From Phoronis australis (lineage: Eukaryota > Animalia > Phoronida), in assembly GCA_002633005.1 (NCBI GenBank), contig NMRA01000085.1, forward strand, positions 351,464 to 415,463: DNA of 64,000 nt, given 5' to 3'. The notes under the pieces were generated by a model that searched no databases, had not been told where the DNA came from, and saw only the letters and a program-made list of their open reading frames with translations. The position numbers and the translations under genes are program-made. How positions within the stretch are numbered: position 1 is the stretch's first letter; the number at the start of each line of letters is the position of its first letter. This document shows, in pieces, positions 36,212 to 48,052 of this stretch.

Positions 36212-37758
36212 TATAAAAACCATCGATTAAGTTTAATATATGGTATAATTTCTAAGGTCCCCGGGCAATCCTCATTGTATCAATCAATGCTTCTAACTGT
36301 GCGTCTGTAGTGTTAAGCCCAATATTTTGCTTGAAACNTGGGGAGCTCGAACGAGTTCTCCCATTAGGCGAAGTGGACAAAAGATCACTCCGCCTCAGAG
36401 AAACAAAAAGTCCGAGAAAAAGAGACAAAAGTCCACAGGAATTCGGCGTGCATGCACAATTCATAGGTCTGAACGTTGTACCCCATTTTCAGTCCACGTT
36501 GTATTTTTAATGTAAAAAGTCCACACACCGGAAATTTTGAGCCCCCGTCTCCTAGGCTGGGTGCGCACATGTAATGTACGACCTTGATTATTTGAAATAA
36601 AAAAATAACATGCCCGGCCGTCTTACCGAAAATCTTGAATTTTACGTAAGTTTGTGGTGCCGTTCACTTACTAATCTGCCTCTATCAAGTCTTGGGAGTA
36701 ATTTGATGACTGCAGGTGTTAGCCGGCCAAAGCTCTTTCGTCAAAGATGAAACTTTCAACTTCTCATACCCGGTATATCTAGTTAATAACACCTTCTCAT
36801 TTGAAATGAGCTTTTCTCAATTTAATAATTTGAAGAGGTATTTCACTGCTCTTTAGCTGTCAATATTCAATTCTTTACCGAATCGCTTTGGGGTTCAAAA
36901 GTATTTCCACGCTCCGATCTTGAATTGACGAAGGAGCAGGCAACTTAAGCATTCCGTATATGCGCCATTTACGAATTTGCAATTCCAGTGGTATTTGTCC
37001 AATCCCAATAACTCTGAAACGTTTTCTCAAATCGCTGATAGTTTCGATGTACCTGTCACGGTTAGACCAATGTGAGAATGAACACCAATTCGATTTTTGT
37101 TCTTGGACCAGCTAAACAGTTCGTAATGCAATTTTAAAAAAAATGCGTTAAACGGAAGTCTAAGCAACGTATGAATAAGGCTTCCGATTTTATGAACTTA
37201 ATTTTAAAGATTCGTTACATTTTTGGGTAAGGTTTATTCTGCTTGACTGTAACTTAACTAAATTTCAGCTTTTGTGGATTTTTTAAAGTGCAATTATTGT
37301 ATTAAGTGGTTAATGTGTTTATGGAGCGAGAACTGTTTTTCCTTACTGTCCTTGGTATGATTCTTCTATGTGACGGATGTGCGAGGTTTTCGAGAAGAGT
37401 TCAAGTACTGTGCGTAACAAATCTTGATCGGGTATTTTCAGGCTTTTTAATTTTCGGTGCTTCTGGAAAATGAACACATCTAGTTTTCTTCTGAAACAGA
37501 TTTGCAAAAAATTACCCACTTATTTTGTAATGCATGGCCGAAGGAAAACTTGGGTTAAAGTCTTATTTACCATCAAACATCAGGCATTCGTAATTCATGC
37601 AAAGTCTTTTAAACGAGCGGATTTGACTGCTTTTTTCCGTTGATTGTTTGTGAGTATATTGAATCAGTTTACAAATCATTGATGCAACTTTGCATGCGCG
37701 TACGTCAGATTATGCCTAAATGAGTCTACCTCAGCGGCTCGCTGGTCCCCTACGTGCC

Positions 37759-38280
37759 TAGCCAGTACGCAGGTATCACGCACTGGCACGTGCTTTAGTA
37801 TTGGTTGACGTAACCTCAGCAGTTATTGGTTAGCTTTACAACACCGTGAAAAAATGGCGGACTGTGAACGATTTTTAACCTTGTCAAGCAAGTGGCGTCG
37901 CAGCAACTATTTCGTTTCTGCAGTGATGTTTAATATCCGTGTGCTTGAAGCAAATACATTTACCATGAACACATATCTGACCGATTTAACGGTGGGTTAT
38001 TCATACTGTACATGTATGAATACAGGACAGTATCGGAAACAAAAGTCAGCGACAGTAGACGAAAAGTGCATTCCGAAAAGGCGCAGCCACAATTTCTAGG
38101 ATTCACGTTTCCTGGACATAAATTTTAAGCACCGATTTGACTGTACAAAACTCCATAGAAAATCTATGATGCCAGTTTGTTTGCGTACAGCGCTGCCTGT
38201 TGAGAATTCGACTGGCCAATCAGAAACGCGGTGTAAAAAAATTACCCGAGGAAAATTAAGTGATACCTGCGTGCTGGCTA
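37759..38280. mobile_element. Non-autonomous TIR element with TAG...CTA (Academ-like) termini, inside an outer inverted repeat
   Basis: TAGCCAGTACGCAGGTATCAC ... GTGATACCTGCGTGCTGGCTA (21 bp, 1 mismatch); outer inverted repeat at 37726-37751 / 38301-38326. Confidence 0.65.
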
Positions 38281-38645
38281 CTGACCACCTAGCGGCAAGC
38301 AGGGAACCAGCGAACCTCAGCGGTAGGGTTGCCCTCTATTGACAGGTAACAGGAGATACATGTAGCTCTCGATGTAGCGCACAAGGAAAAACCCGATGCC
38401 AAAAATGTCCTATCAAAACAGAAAAACGTAAAAAACGCAAGTGCTTGGACAAAAATATAATTAGCTTCAGAAGGGAGGGGGTAGTTACGTAATCTCACAA
38501 CATACGCCAGCAAATATATTTCGAATTACAACTGAAAATAAATCAAAATGTAAAAAGTGTTTGACAAGAATTTGAAATGTCATTAATGAGACGAGGAGTG
38601 TAATTTCGCTGCATCAAATTGTAAACGAGGTTTTGAGTGCCTTAG

Positions 38646-39967
38646 AGGAGAATGCCACCCGATTTAATTCGTCTTTTTTGCCGTCTTAATCGGTCTATAT
38701 CCACATCGCCTCGCATACGGTCGACCTTACCTTGCCAAGAGGTGGCGCGTTAACCTGTGAGGAAGGTGAGAAACGACGCTAGCGACGTCAATGGTGCATA
38801 TGCAGAGTGAATGCCGCTATGTTGCGGTGCTTCGTTCCCGCTTGTCCGAACTAAGCAGCTGTGAGGAAAGCGGGCATATCGTTTTTTACTTCCTTGAGAG
38901 TCCGAAATGCGTAGAAAGTGGCTCATGGTAGTGAAGAATTAAATGTACGCTGTAAATAGCAAGTATGAGGCCGTGAAACATCTCCGTGACTGTGGCCTGC
39001 AGACGTCGACAGTGCCTGACGAATGCCAGCTTACCAAATAACTCCATACGTTCCGTTGTCTGAGCTTGTTCACGGCGCCTCTGTAGTATTTCTTCATCAC
39101 TGTATTCCTGTTCGCATTGATAGCCTGTAAAACTAAACGATCCACCTGCGAAGTCTGGACTGATGAGCTCTAGCTCGTCCTAAGTCGGGATTGCGAGTTG
39201 CCATGTTGGCGTTTATTCCTGAGCGTTCTGTTTCAAAATGAATTATTCTCACCCTTACCAATACTTATATAAAAGTGAAACAAAATCTGTCTCATTAGAT
39301 GCAATTTGTAATTCCTTTTAAGTGTTCGTGAGTGCAAATGATTTGAGAATCCAGCAATGAATAAATCATTGCGTTACCGGCTTTCGGCTGCAACTTGACG
39401 GGACACCGAGGCCTTGTGAGCTCATGCTAATTTAGTGTTTGCTGGCAGAAACTGTTGTGAAAGAACTCGATTTCCATCCCACGGCCAGGTGTTAGGGTCA
39501 AATCTTTATTTACATTTACATTACTCAAATAATGATTGTCAATGTACAACTTCTGCCTTGACGGTGCTGTGGCCAAATTCGCGCAAAATACTTCGAAATT
39601 ATCTCCGAACAGACCCCAAACTCCTGCTACGGACCTTATTGGCCTGCAGAACTTTGTAGGCTACGGTGTGTCCAAATACCAATAAATCCGTAAGAGCGAA
39701 ATAAAACAACACGTTTTTATAAGAACTCGGTGTATTTTTAAGGGTTTTACATCAAAGTTCGATGATTTATTGGTGTTAAACGATGACTTCAAGCGATAAG
39801 CTGACACCAGAACAGACTGCTTGTGAAACCGGTGACGTCATTGGATAATTTTAACACCTCCGTCTGCCGTCGGGTGTCCGGTAACGCAACGGTACGTGTC
39901 CTTATGGAGTAAAACTACTCGATCTAAATTGATACAAATTAGGTTGTTTTTTGGGTGGCATGCTCCT
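38646..39967. mobile_element. Second, older Kolobok derivative with pseudogenised THAP (+, ~38818-39001) and KolX (-, ~39040-39205) remnants
   Basis: Termini ttag|AGGAGAATGCCACCC ... GGGTGGCATGCTCCT|ttaa. Plus strand RCFVPACPN*..ISFF..EMRRKWLMVVKN*MYAVNSKYEAVKHLRDCGLQ aligns to the THAP at 32734. Minus strand GYQCEQEYSDEEILQRR aligns to KolX GYMFEPEYNEAE. Confidence 0.7.
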
Positions 39968-40660
39968 TTAAGGATAACATTCTTGCATGTTGGCAATGAA
40001 TGTATACTGCGAAGAATGGGATGGTGTTTAAAACTCTCTGTAAACATGTACAACAAACGATCAGACACGCTTGTGAAAATTGCTTTGTCATAAAAATTAT
40101 CTATTTGCGCTATTTTTCACCAGAACCCCTTGGAATAGCAACAACAATTGACATTTAGTTAAGATATTTCATATACGTAATTATTTATAATTTAACCAGC
40201 ATTCTTTCCTACAGAAACGGGGTTGACGGGAATTGTGTTCTTTTATCGCTGACTGGGTNGCACGAAACGATGATTTTTATTTAAATTAGCAGCAAGTTTG
40301 TGGTGACTGGCGCCAACGGCCGGGTGACCGAACTTCGGGCTTGGCGAGTAGATTTTCTGGCTCCGGCACTCGCCCAGCTGGCGAACAGGGTTTTTCAAGA
40401 CTAAAAGCCTGGGTATATCCCTGACTTCCACACTTTTTCAAAAGAGGGAAACTACTAAGGAATGGCTGAGGAGGGTAAAAGTCTAGTTGCCGTAAGTATT
40501 GGATGTTTTTTGGAGATCGATTTAACATCAGACAACTTGATTTTTGGTAACGTTGATAAGTCCTTTGACCACAACACCTTGCAGGACGATGCCATGTTTG
40601 TCAAGGCGCCTCGTTTTCGATCAACACGACAGCAGCGCCCCGCGTTCGTGAAAGAGGTGA

Positions 40661-42190
40661 ATACGTTCCGTTGTCTGAGCTTGTTCACGGCGCCTCTCTT
40701 GTATTTCTTCATCACTGTATTCCTGTTCGCATTGATAGCCTGTAAAACTAAACGATCCACCTGCGAAGTCTGGACTGATGAGCTCTAGCTCGTCCTAAGT
40801 CGGGATTGCGAGTTGCCATGTTGGCGTTTATTACTGAGCGTTCCGTTTTAAAATGAATTATTCTCACCCTAACCAATACTTATATAAAACTGAAACAAAA
40901 TCTGTCTCATTAGATGCAATTTATAATGCCTTTTAAGTGTTCGTGAGTGCAAATGATTTGAGAATCCAGCAATGAATAAATCATTGCGTTACCGGCTTTC
41001 GGCTGCAACTTGACGGGACACCGAGGCCGTGTGAGCTCATGCTAATTTAGTGTTTGCTGGCAGAAGCTGTTGTGAAAGAACGCGATTTCCATCCCACGGC
41101 CAGGTGTTAGGGTCAAATCTTTATTTACATTTACATTACTCAAATAATGATTGTCAATGTACAACTTCTGCCTTGACGGTGCTGTGCCAAATTCGCGGCC
41201 CCCGACGATTAAATAGATTTGCAGTTTCGTGGCTAATTCACCAACATAATCACGTGCACATTACTTTGGCTCACTAGTATAGTATTTTCTTGACTGGAAT
41301 ATTAGTTTCCACTGAACTTTGGCTAGTTTTTATTCGTGATGTCTGATCACAGTTTCCGAGCCACTGGCCGGGATAGTCTCGAATCCGGCCCGTCGGCCGC
41401 GACGGGCCTGATCGGGCTCCGAGCCACTGGCCAGGATAACTAGCGTTTTGAGTTTAGAACTCAAAAAATCACAAGTCTAAACAACACAGATCTATTTTCT
41501 CCTGTCTGTATCTCACGGAAAATACTTCGAAATTATCTCCGAACAGACCCCAAACTCCTGCTACGGACCTTATTGGCCTGCAGAACTTTGTAGGCTACGG
41601 TGTGTCCAAATACCAATAAATCCGTGAGAGCGAAATAAAACAACACGTTTTTATTAGAACTCGGTGTATTTTTAAGGGTTTTACATCAAAGTTCGATGAT
41701 TTATTGGTGTTAAACGATGACTTCAAGCGATAAGCTGCCACCAGAACAGACTGCGTGTGAAACCGGTGACGTCATTGGATAATTTTAACACCTCCGTCTG
41801 CCGTCGGGTGTCAGGTAACGCAACGGTACGTGTCCTTATGGAGTAGAACTACTCGATCTAAATTGATACAAATTAGGTTGTTTTTTGGGTGGCATGCTCC
41901 TTTAAGGATAACATTCTTGCATGTTGGCAATGAATGTATACTGCGAAGAATGGGATGGTGTTTAAAACTCTCTGTAAACATGTACAGCAAACGATCAGAC
42001 ACGTTTGTGAAAATTGCTTTGTCATAAAAATTATCTATTTCTGCTATTTTTGCCCAGAACCTTGGAATAGCAACAACAATTGATATTTAGTTAAGATATT
42101 TCATATACGTAATTATTTATAATTTAACCAGCATTCTTTCCTACAGAAACGGGGTTGACGGGAATCGTGTTCTTTTATCGCTGACTGGGT
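40661..42190 (+). repeat. Near-identical duplicate of 39046-40258 next to an N gap (probable uncollapsed haplotype)
   Basis: Copy 1 ends exactly at n40259. Copy 2 has scattered SNPs, an extra ~320-bp block (41197-41518) and a different upstream flank. Confidence 0.8.
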
Positions 42191-43056
42191 TGAAGCATAG
42201 TATAGGACAAATTCCATTATCCAGTATTTCTGTTTTCCGTGTCGTAGGTGTGGAGCAGACCACGCCTGGCACAAAAACCGTAGTTACATTTACGAAAGGA
42301 TTTTAACGCAGGTAAACCAAATATATACTGTTTCTTTCTTTTGTTGTTGTCTTGGTTTGTCGAGATGAACTTAACTAAGAACACAAAAAATCTTAAGTAA
42401 AATTTATTCACCTATTTCAACAGAAAAAGAAAATTTGAAAACCTTAGGAGGGTTGCTAGGTACTTTCATATGATTGTCTAGAGCCACGTGCCAGAATATT
42501 CTCGTGTAGCGGAGAAACTGATGTAGTAGGAAAAAACTGCTTTTCATGAACACTTGCTTATGACGCATAGTGTCTGTTGCATTACAACAGACTGACGTAG
42601 GACAAAACGTGAACATGCCGTTACAGTAATAAAGACAGCGCTGAAAACGGCTGTGAAACTCCGGTGTAGCAAACTGTTAGTCTGCTCAATAGAATTCGGT
42701 CACTTGGACAGCACGAAATGTCGTTTTGTTGACACTGGCTGAACGAGTGTATTCAAACTGGTCCACAAAACTGACGAATCTTTTGATTGCGTTCATTATT
42801 TTTTCTTTCAAGAGATTATGCGAAATGAGAATTTGCCTCCAATGATGTGTCGCTACAATCTTTTTGTAACAATCTTGTGTAACATGAACGATCTCATCTC
42901 TGTCTCTGTCCGGGCTCGATAACGAGACGCACCCTAGCGTCCTGATTACACTTGTATCTTGATTCAACCCATGTCTGGACATTACGCATGTAAAGACATG
43001 GGCGGTGCAGCACTGAAAAAGGGGGNGGGGGCTATAGCCCCCCCCCCCCCCAGCCC

Positions 43057-44531
43057 CCTTATGGTGCGCCGCCCATGAGAGAGCGATTGAAAGAAGTTAA
43101 ATGTCTGGTGTTTCGCGTGAAGAATTCGTAAATGTTTACGAGAAACAAATTACAATTAAGTTGGCATCGAGGACGCTAAACAGGCTCTGCAATCTCTCTC
43201 TTGTGGAACTGGAAATATTTAATCCAAAGCCATGTGTCCAGTCGCTATCTCTTTTTGTTCGTAAAATATTTATCAATTACAACAAAACACAAACAGCAAG
43301 CACATTCAAATACGTGGTACATATACACGTACCATTTCAGCTATAGTGTTATTCTATCATGCCGTATCCTCGAGAATGGCGTAAAAGTTTTGAATAACGA
43401 TCTTAATAATAAAAAAGGCCCAAATATAAATTAAATTGGCACACGTAACAAATAAGTATCAATTGTTGCTTTTTCTCTATAGCGAAGTTATACAATTACA
43501 TTCTTGCCTAAAGGGCGTCCACTGAGTGATGGAATCAATTTCCATACATTTCCTGTTTTTGTGCCGGAGATTACACACCATTTCATGGTAACTAGAAATC
43601 TATTGATGGATTCCACTGTGATGGGACAAATTGTCACTGATTTATTTCATGTGTCTGCGAAATTATATGCTCTTTTTTATTAAACAGTACACACCATGGA
43701 TTTTTGCACATTTCGAGTTACCGGTGGCCACAGACTAAATGTATGACGTAAAATTTAGCTAAACCCATGTTTATTTTGTGTAATTAGCTCGAAATTTTGA
43801 TTTTTCTTTCAATTTTGCCAATTTTCACATTTGCCGCCATGTGACGTCATGGGTTGAACACAAGAGATCAGTGACTAGCATTGANCCTTATGGTGCGCCG
43901 CCCATGAGAAAGCGATTGAAAGAAGTTAAATGTCTGGTGTTTCGCGTGAAGAATTCGTAAACGTTTACGAGAAACAAATTACAATTAAGTTGGCATCGAG
44001 AACGCTAAACAAGCTTTGTAATCTCTCTCTTGTGGAACTGGAAATATTCAATCCAAAGCCATGTGTCCAGTCGCTATCTCTTTTTGTTCGTAAAATATTT
44101 ATCAATTACAACAAAACACAAACAGCAAGCACATTCAAATACGTGGTACATACATATGTATACAGGTACCATTTCAGCTACAGAAGTACAAGTACGTGTT
44201 ATTCTATCATGCCGTATCCTCGAGAATGGCGAAAAAGTTTTGAGTAACGATCTTAATAATAAAAAAGGCCCAAATATAAATTAAATTGGCAAACGTAACA
44301 AATAAGTATCAATTGTTGCTTTTTCTCTATAGCGAAGTTATACATTCTTTCTTGCCTAAAGGGCGTCCACTGAGTGATGGAATCAATTTCCATACATTTC
44401 CTGTTTTTGTGCCGGAGATTACACACCATTTAATGGTAACTAGAAATCTATTGATGGATTCCACTGTGATGGGACAAATTGTCACTGATTTATTTCATGT
44501 GTCTGCGAAATTATATGCTCTTTTATATTAA
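43057..44531 (+). repeat. Tandem duplication 43057-43683 / 43886-44531 across N at 43885 (probable haplotype overlap)
   Basis: Second copy begins immediately after n43885; few SNPs and small indels. Confidence 0.8.
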
Positions 44532-47452
44532 GTGATCTTGGAGGGCAACAGCTTTTTCGCTTTCTAAGATAGTACAATTTGCATTCCAGGTTGTCGAGAA
44601 AATAAAAAAGAAAAACACACGCATTGGCATGCATATAAGAAAACTATTTCTGATGAAAAAGCTCTGAGATAAAAATGCTGGTAATTCAGTCCACTTTTGT
44701 CCATTTAAATCGTGATTCATTATCGCCGATCAAATACAAAGTTTATTTGCAATGACTTTTGCTACTAAATGCATATATGGAGTTCAGTTGTTGTAAAACA
44801 GTTCCGTCAGCGGGTAATAAGTAGGGATATAAACGAGGAATTTCTTTTTCTATATCAAAGGTCCGCCGAGATTTAAAAAAGATTCTTTAATACAAATTTC
44901 AGCTGAAATAAAGTGACAGACAAATCAATTTTCTCTCAACACTCGTGAGCGCGATTCTCACAATCAAGTGAGTATAGAAGCCTCGTGTGTGATATTAAGA
45001 ACGTCGTGAGAAGTTTTAATCAATTAAAGTCCCCTGTCCATGTCCTCTGTAACACTTACCAGTAAACCAACTCGGCTTTGTCTTCTGAGGCAAAGGAAGG
45101 ATCTGCTGAAACAGCACTGAAAATGCCTTTTTATGGAATTGCACGGATATACCTTACCTTTCCAACCAATCAGATTGTTGAACAATTGGGTGTGGCGCAT
45201 ATATTAAGTCAGTTCGACGGACAGAGTGCGTGTCAGTCACCTTTACACGTATTTGATGCGTACTTGGGGTTCGTTACATAAACTAGACGCTCGCAATCAG
45301 CAAGACCATCCAAATTTTAGCGTGAAATCCTCATGCACAACAAGCGAAACTCGCGATCACTCTTGTCTTACTGACAAGTATCTTGCCCCTACGGCACTCA
45401 ACCCTGAACATCCACTATGAAAACTAATTCAATTTCCCGTCGTACGTCCCCGAAGAAAGTAAACCCAACTACGACGTGAAAATGACGCTTGGTGCCCAAA
45501 CTGATCCACGCCACACATTTTTACCTCACAGTCCCAGATTGTTTGTTGCAAAATGCTGGAAGAACTCTGAAATACTTGTACACGGAATATGTCACGACTA
45601 CAGCTTTGGCGTGAGTGGAAACAGCCAGCTTTAAATGGGGTTTAACGTTTGATACTAGTAAATCAAGATCTGATATTTATAGAGAATTGTGTTGACAAAC
45701 GTTTTAGAATTTCATCTGTTTTCGAGCATTTGTGGCTGAAACAGTGAAGCACAGACTAATACTATATCAAATGTATTTTTGGAACTAGGAACAAATCACG
45801 TTCATAAAAACTTGTTCTTACTTTTTATCCGTATTTTCAACTTTTTTTACCAAAGAACTTTTGTCTTTTTTGAAAATCATGGCTAATTAAATTGCTTTTT
45901 TAACTCTCCAGAAAATTAAAACTTCGAAAAAAATGCTTCAACACATTTTCAAAATTAATATACATGTCCATCAGGCGTGAGTGCCTAGATAAAAAGAACT
46001 TACTATCCTGAAACAGATTTTACAATACCATGCGTTTTTATTTATTTAATTTATTTGATAACTATACAATATAAATAATATTTCCTTCGGCTGGTACCTC
46101 TGCTCGAGCCTTGGAAGTTTCGTCACATTCACCAGACTTCGGAAACTTAAAAAAATAAAAGTCAAATTTGCTTGTTCATTTAGCACAATTGTGATTGAAC
46201 ACATTCCTTTTAAACACAATTTTGGCACTTAAAGAAAAAATGAATATGTGAAGTATCATAAACTAAGTAAAACAAACTTCGTCTTCACCTCTACTTTCGT
46301 TACAAGCCGAAAGTTCCCGCCTTGTTCCCGTCAACCTACGCGAATAAGCAAACAACCCAGAATGTGCCTTTAAACTGAGAGACTAATAGAAATCGTAACT
46401 GATAGGTTGAGTCGAGTTTAATTAGCAGACAAGTCATGTGAACATCATTGTCTATATGTCTACTAATCACCAGGCTTACGTAACCGACGGAAAATATTCG
46501 ATTACTGGAACTCGGCCATAATACTCTTGACGATTTCATTTGTTCGCACAGCGAGCCAATACGTAGTTCTGTTTAGTCGAATGCGCTATTCTGATGGGAA
46601 TTTTTTCTATAAATTAAAAGCAGACCAGTAGCAAAGGTGTGTGAAAACGGCATACGGAAGTTATTTCGCGCAAAACTTATTGCCAAAATTGGCAGTTTTC
46701 CTTTGGTCAAAGGCTGGTGCACACAGATAAATGTTGTCTTATAACAATCTACATAATACAGTCCTTAATTGCCACTACTTGCCAAAAGTTTCTAGATCAC
46801 CTGCTGTGGGCTAATTAAGTAAACCATTATCGTAATGATACATGTACCTATTCGTTAAGCTCATACAACATAGAAAAACCTCCAAAGTATTTGCAAAATT
46901 AAATAGATGATGACGCATAGTGTAAAAAACCCATTTCCCGAGTCCCTGTTTATGCCCAGACCTTCAGGGTATGTCTCTGTCTAAAAGCTTTCAAGATCAT
47001 GCATTGGGCATAACACCATGTCTAAATAATGAGCATTGGCTTACAATGTAGGAGAATAGCTCAGAGGCATAGTAGTTACAGCGGACTCCATAACAATGAG
47101 ACAGGGACAGGGGACATCTAGCGAAAAAAAAAACAAAACTAAGCAAAAAAGCAGTGAAAATTGTTGGAAAGGAAACGGCGAGTTTCTGACCTTCGAAAAC
47201 CAGCTTTGAAAGTGGTGAGAGCAAAGGTCCGTGTCAAGGTCTTGGAGGCACTGTGAAGATTAAGGCCCACAAAATCATCAAGAGCTCAGTTCATGTGTTG
47301 GCCTCTGCTATCCAGTGCAAATGACAACCAAGCTTTTGACACCAGTTTGATTCTAAAGTGATCATCATTATAAAATGATAACCAGTGACCTTCATTTCAA
47401 ATGTACGGAACAATTAGAGATAAAACAAACAAATTACACTAGAATGCTTGTA

Positions 47453-47458
47453 TTTATT
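47453..47458 (-). terminator. Candidate polyadenylation signal of Drosha
   Basis: AATAAA on the minus strand ~520 nt after the stop, followed by T/GT-rich sequence. Confidence 0.45.
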
Positions 47459-47981
47459 TCGTTCAAATTCATTATCTGTACAAAACAGGAAGAACTTCAT
47501 TTCTGACACCCAATAACTAACCTAAAGGACATTATGTTACCATGGAAACATAAGCCAAATTCCTAAACCAATCTAAAGCTCCGGCTCTTTATTCCACACA
47601 CTGTTCTTAGTAGCCATCAATGACAAAAGTGTGAATACACAACAAAAATCGTCTCTGATCGCAAATTGGCCCAACTCATTCTTTCAACACCTTGAGTCCA
47701 TATTCCAGCACCAAACAAGTCTTCTTACAATTACAAAGACCAGTTTTAGTTTATTATTTTTCCTAAGTAAGAACCAAACAAATCAAAAGGAGTTTACATA
47801 TCACAATAGGACTCCAATGTTAGTCCTGTGTATTGTTTTTTGTTCACCCCATCTTGCCACGATAAAGAAAGTCACAGTTACAGCCAGTGCCTTCTCCATG
47901 GAATCTGTGCAATGCTTGTCATGAAACTTCCAGCATAATTAAACAATAGTCCATTTCAATCTTGATTGCATCGTTAGAGTT

Positions 47982-48052
47982 TCAAACAGCACTTTTCCTT
48001 TTCTTGAGGAGCGGTCTGTATTTCATGTCTAAGAGCTGATGAGGGAATAATT
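47982..48052 (-). CDS. DROSHA: Drosha terminal coding exon
   Basis: TTTGCAG acceptor; (K)LFPHQLLDMKYRPLLKKRKSAV-TGA; phase matches the previous exon. Confidence 0.8.

Noticed and set aside
43101-44284. Duplicated small protein genes (MSGVSREEF...)
   Set aside because: Repeated only because of the N-adjacent duplication; indels between copies break the frames and no domain is recognisable.
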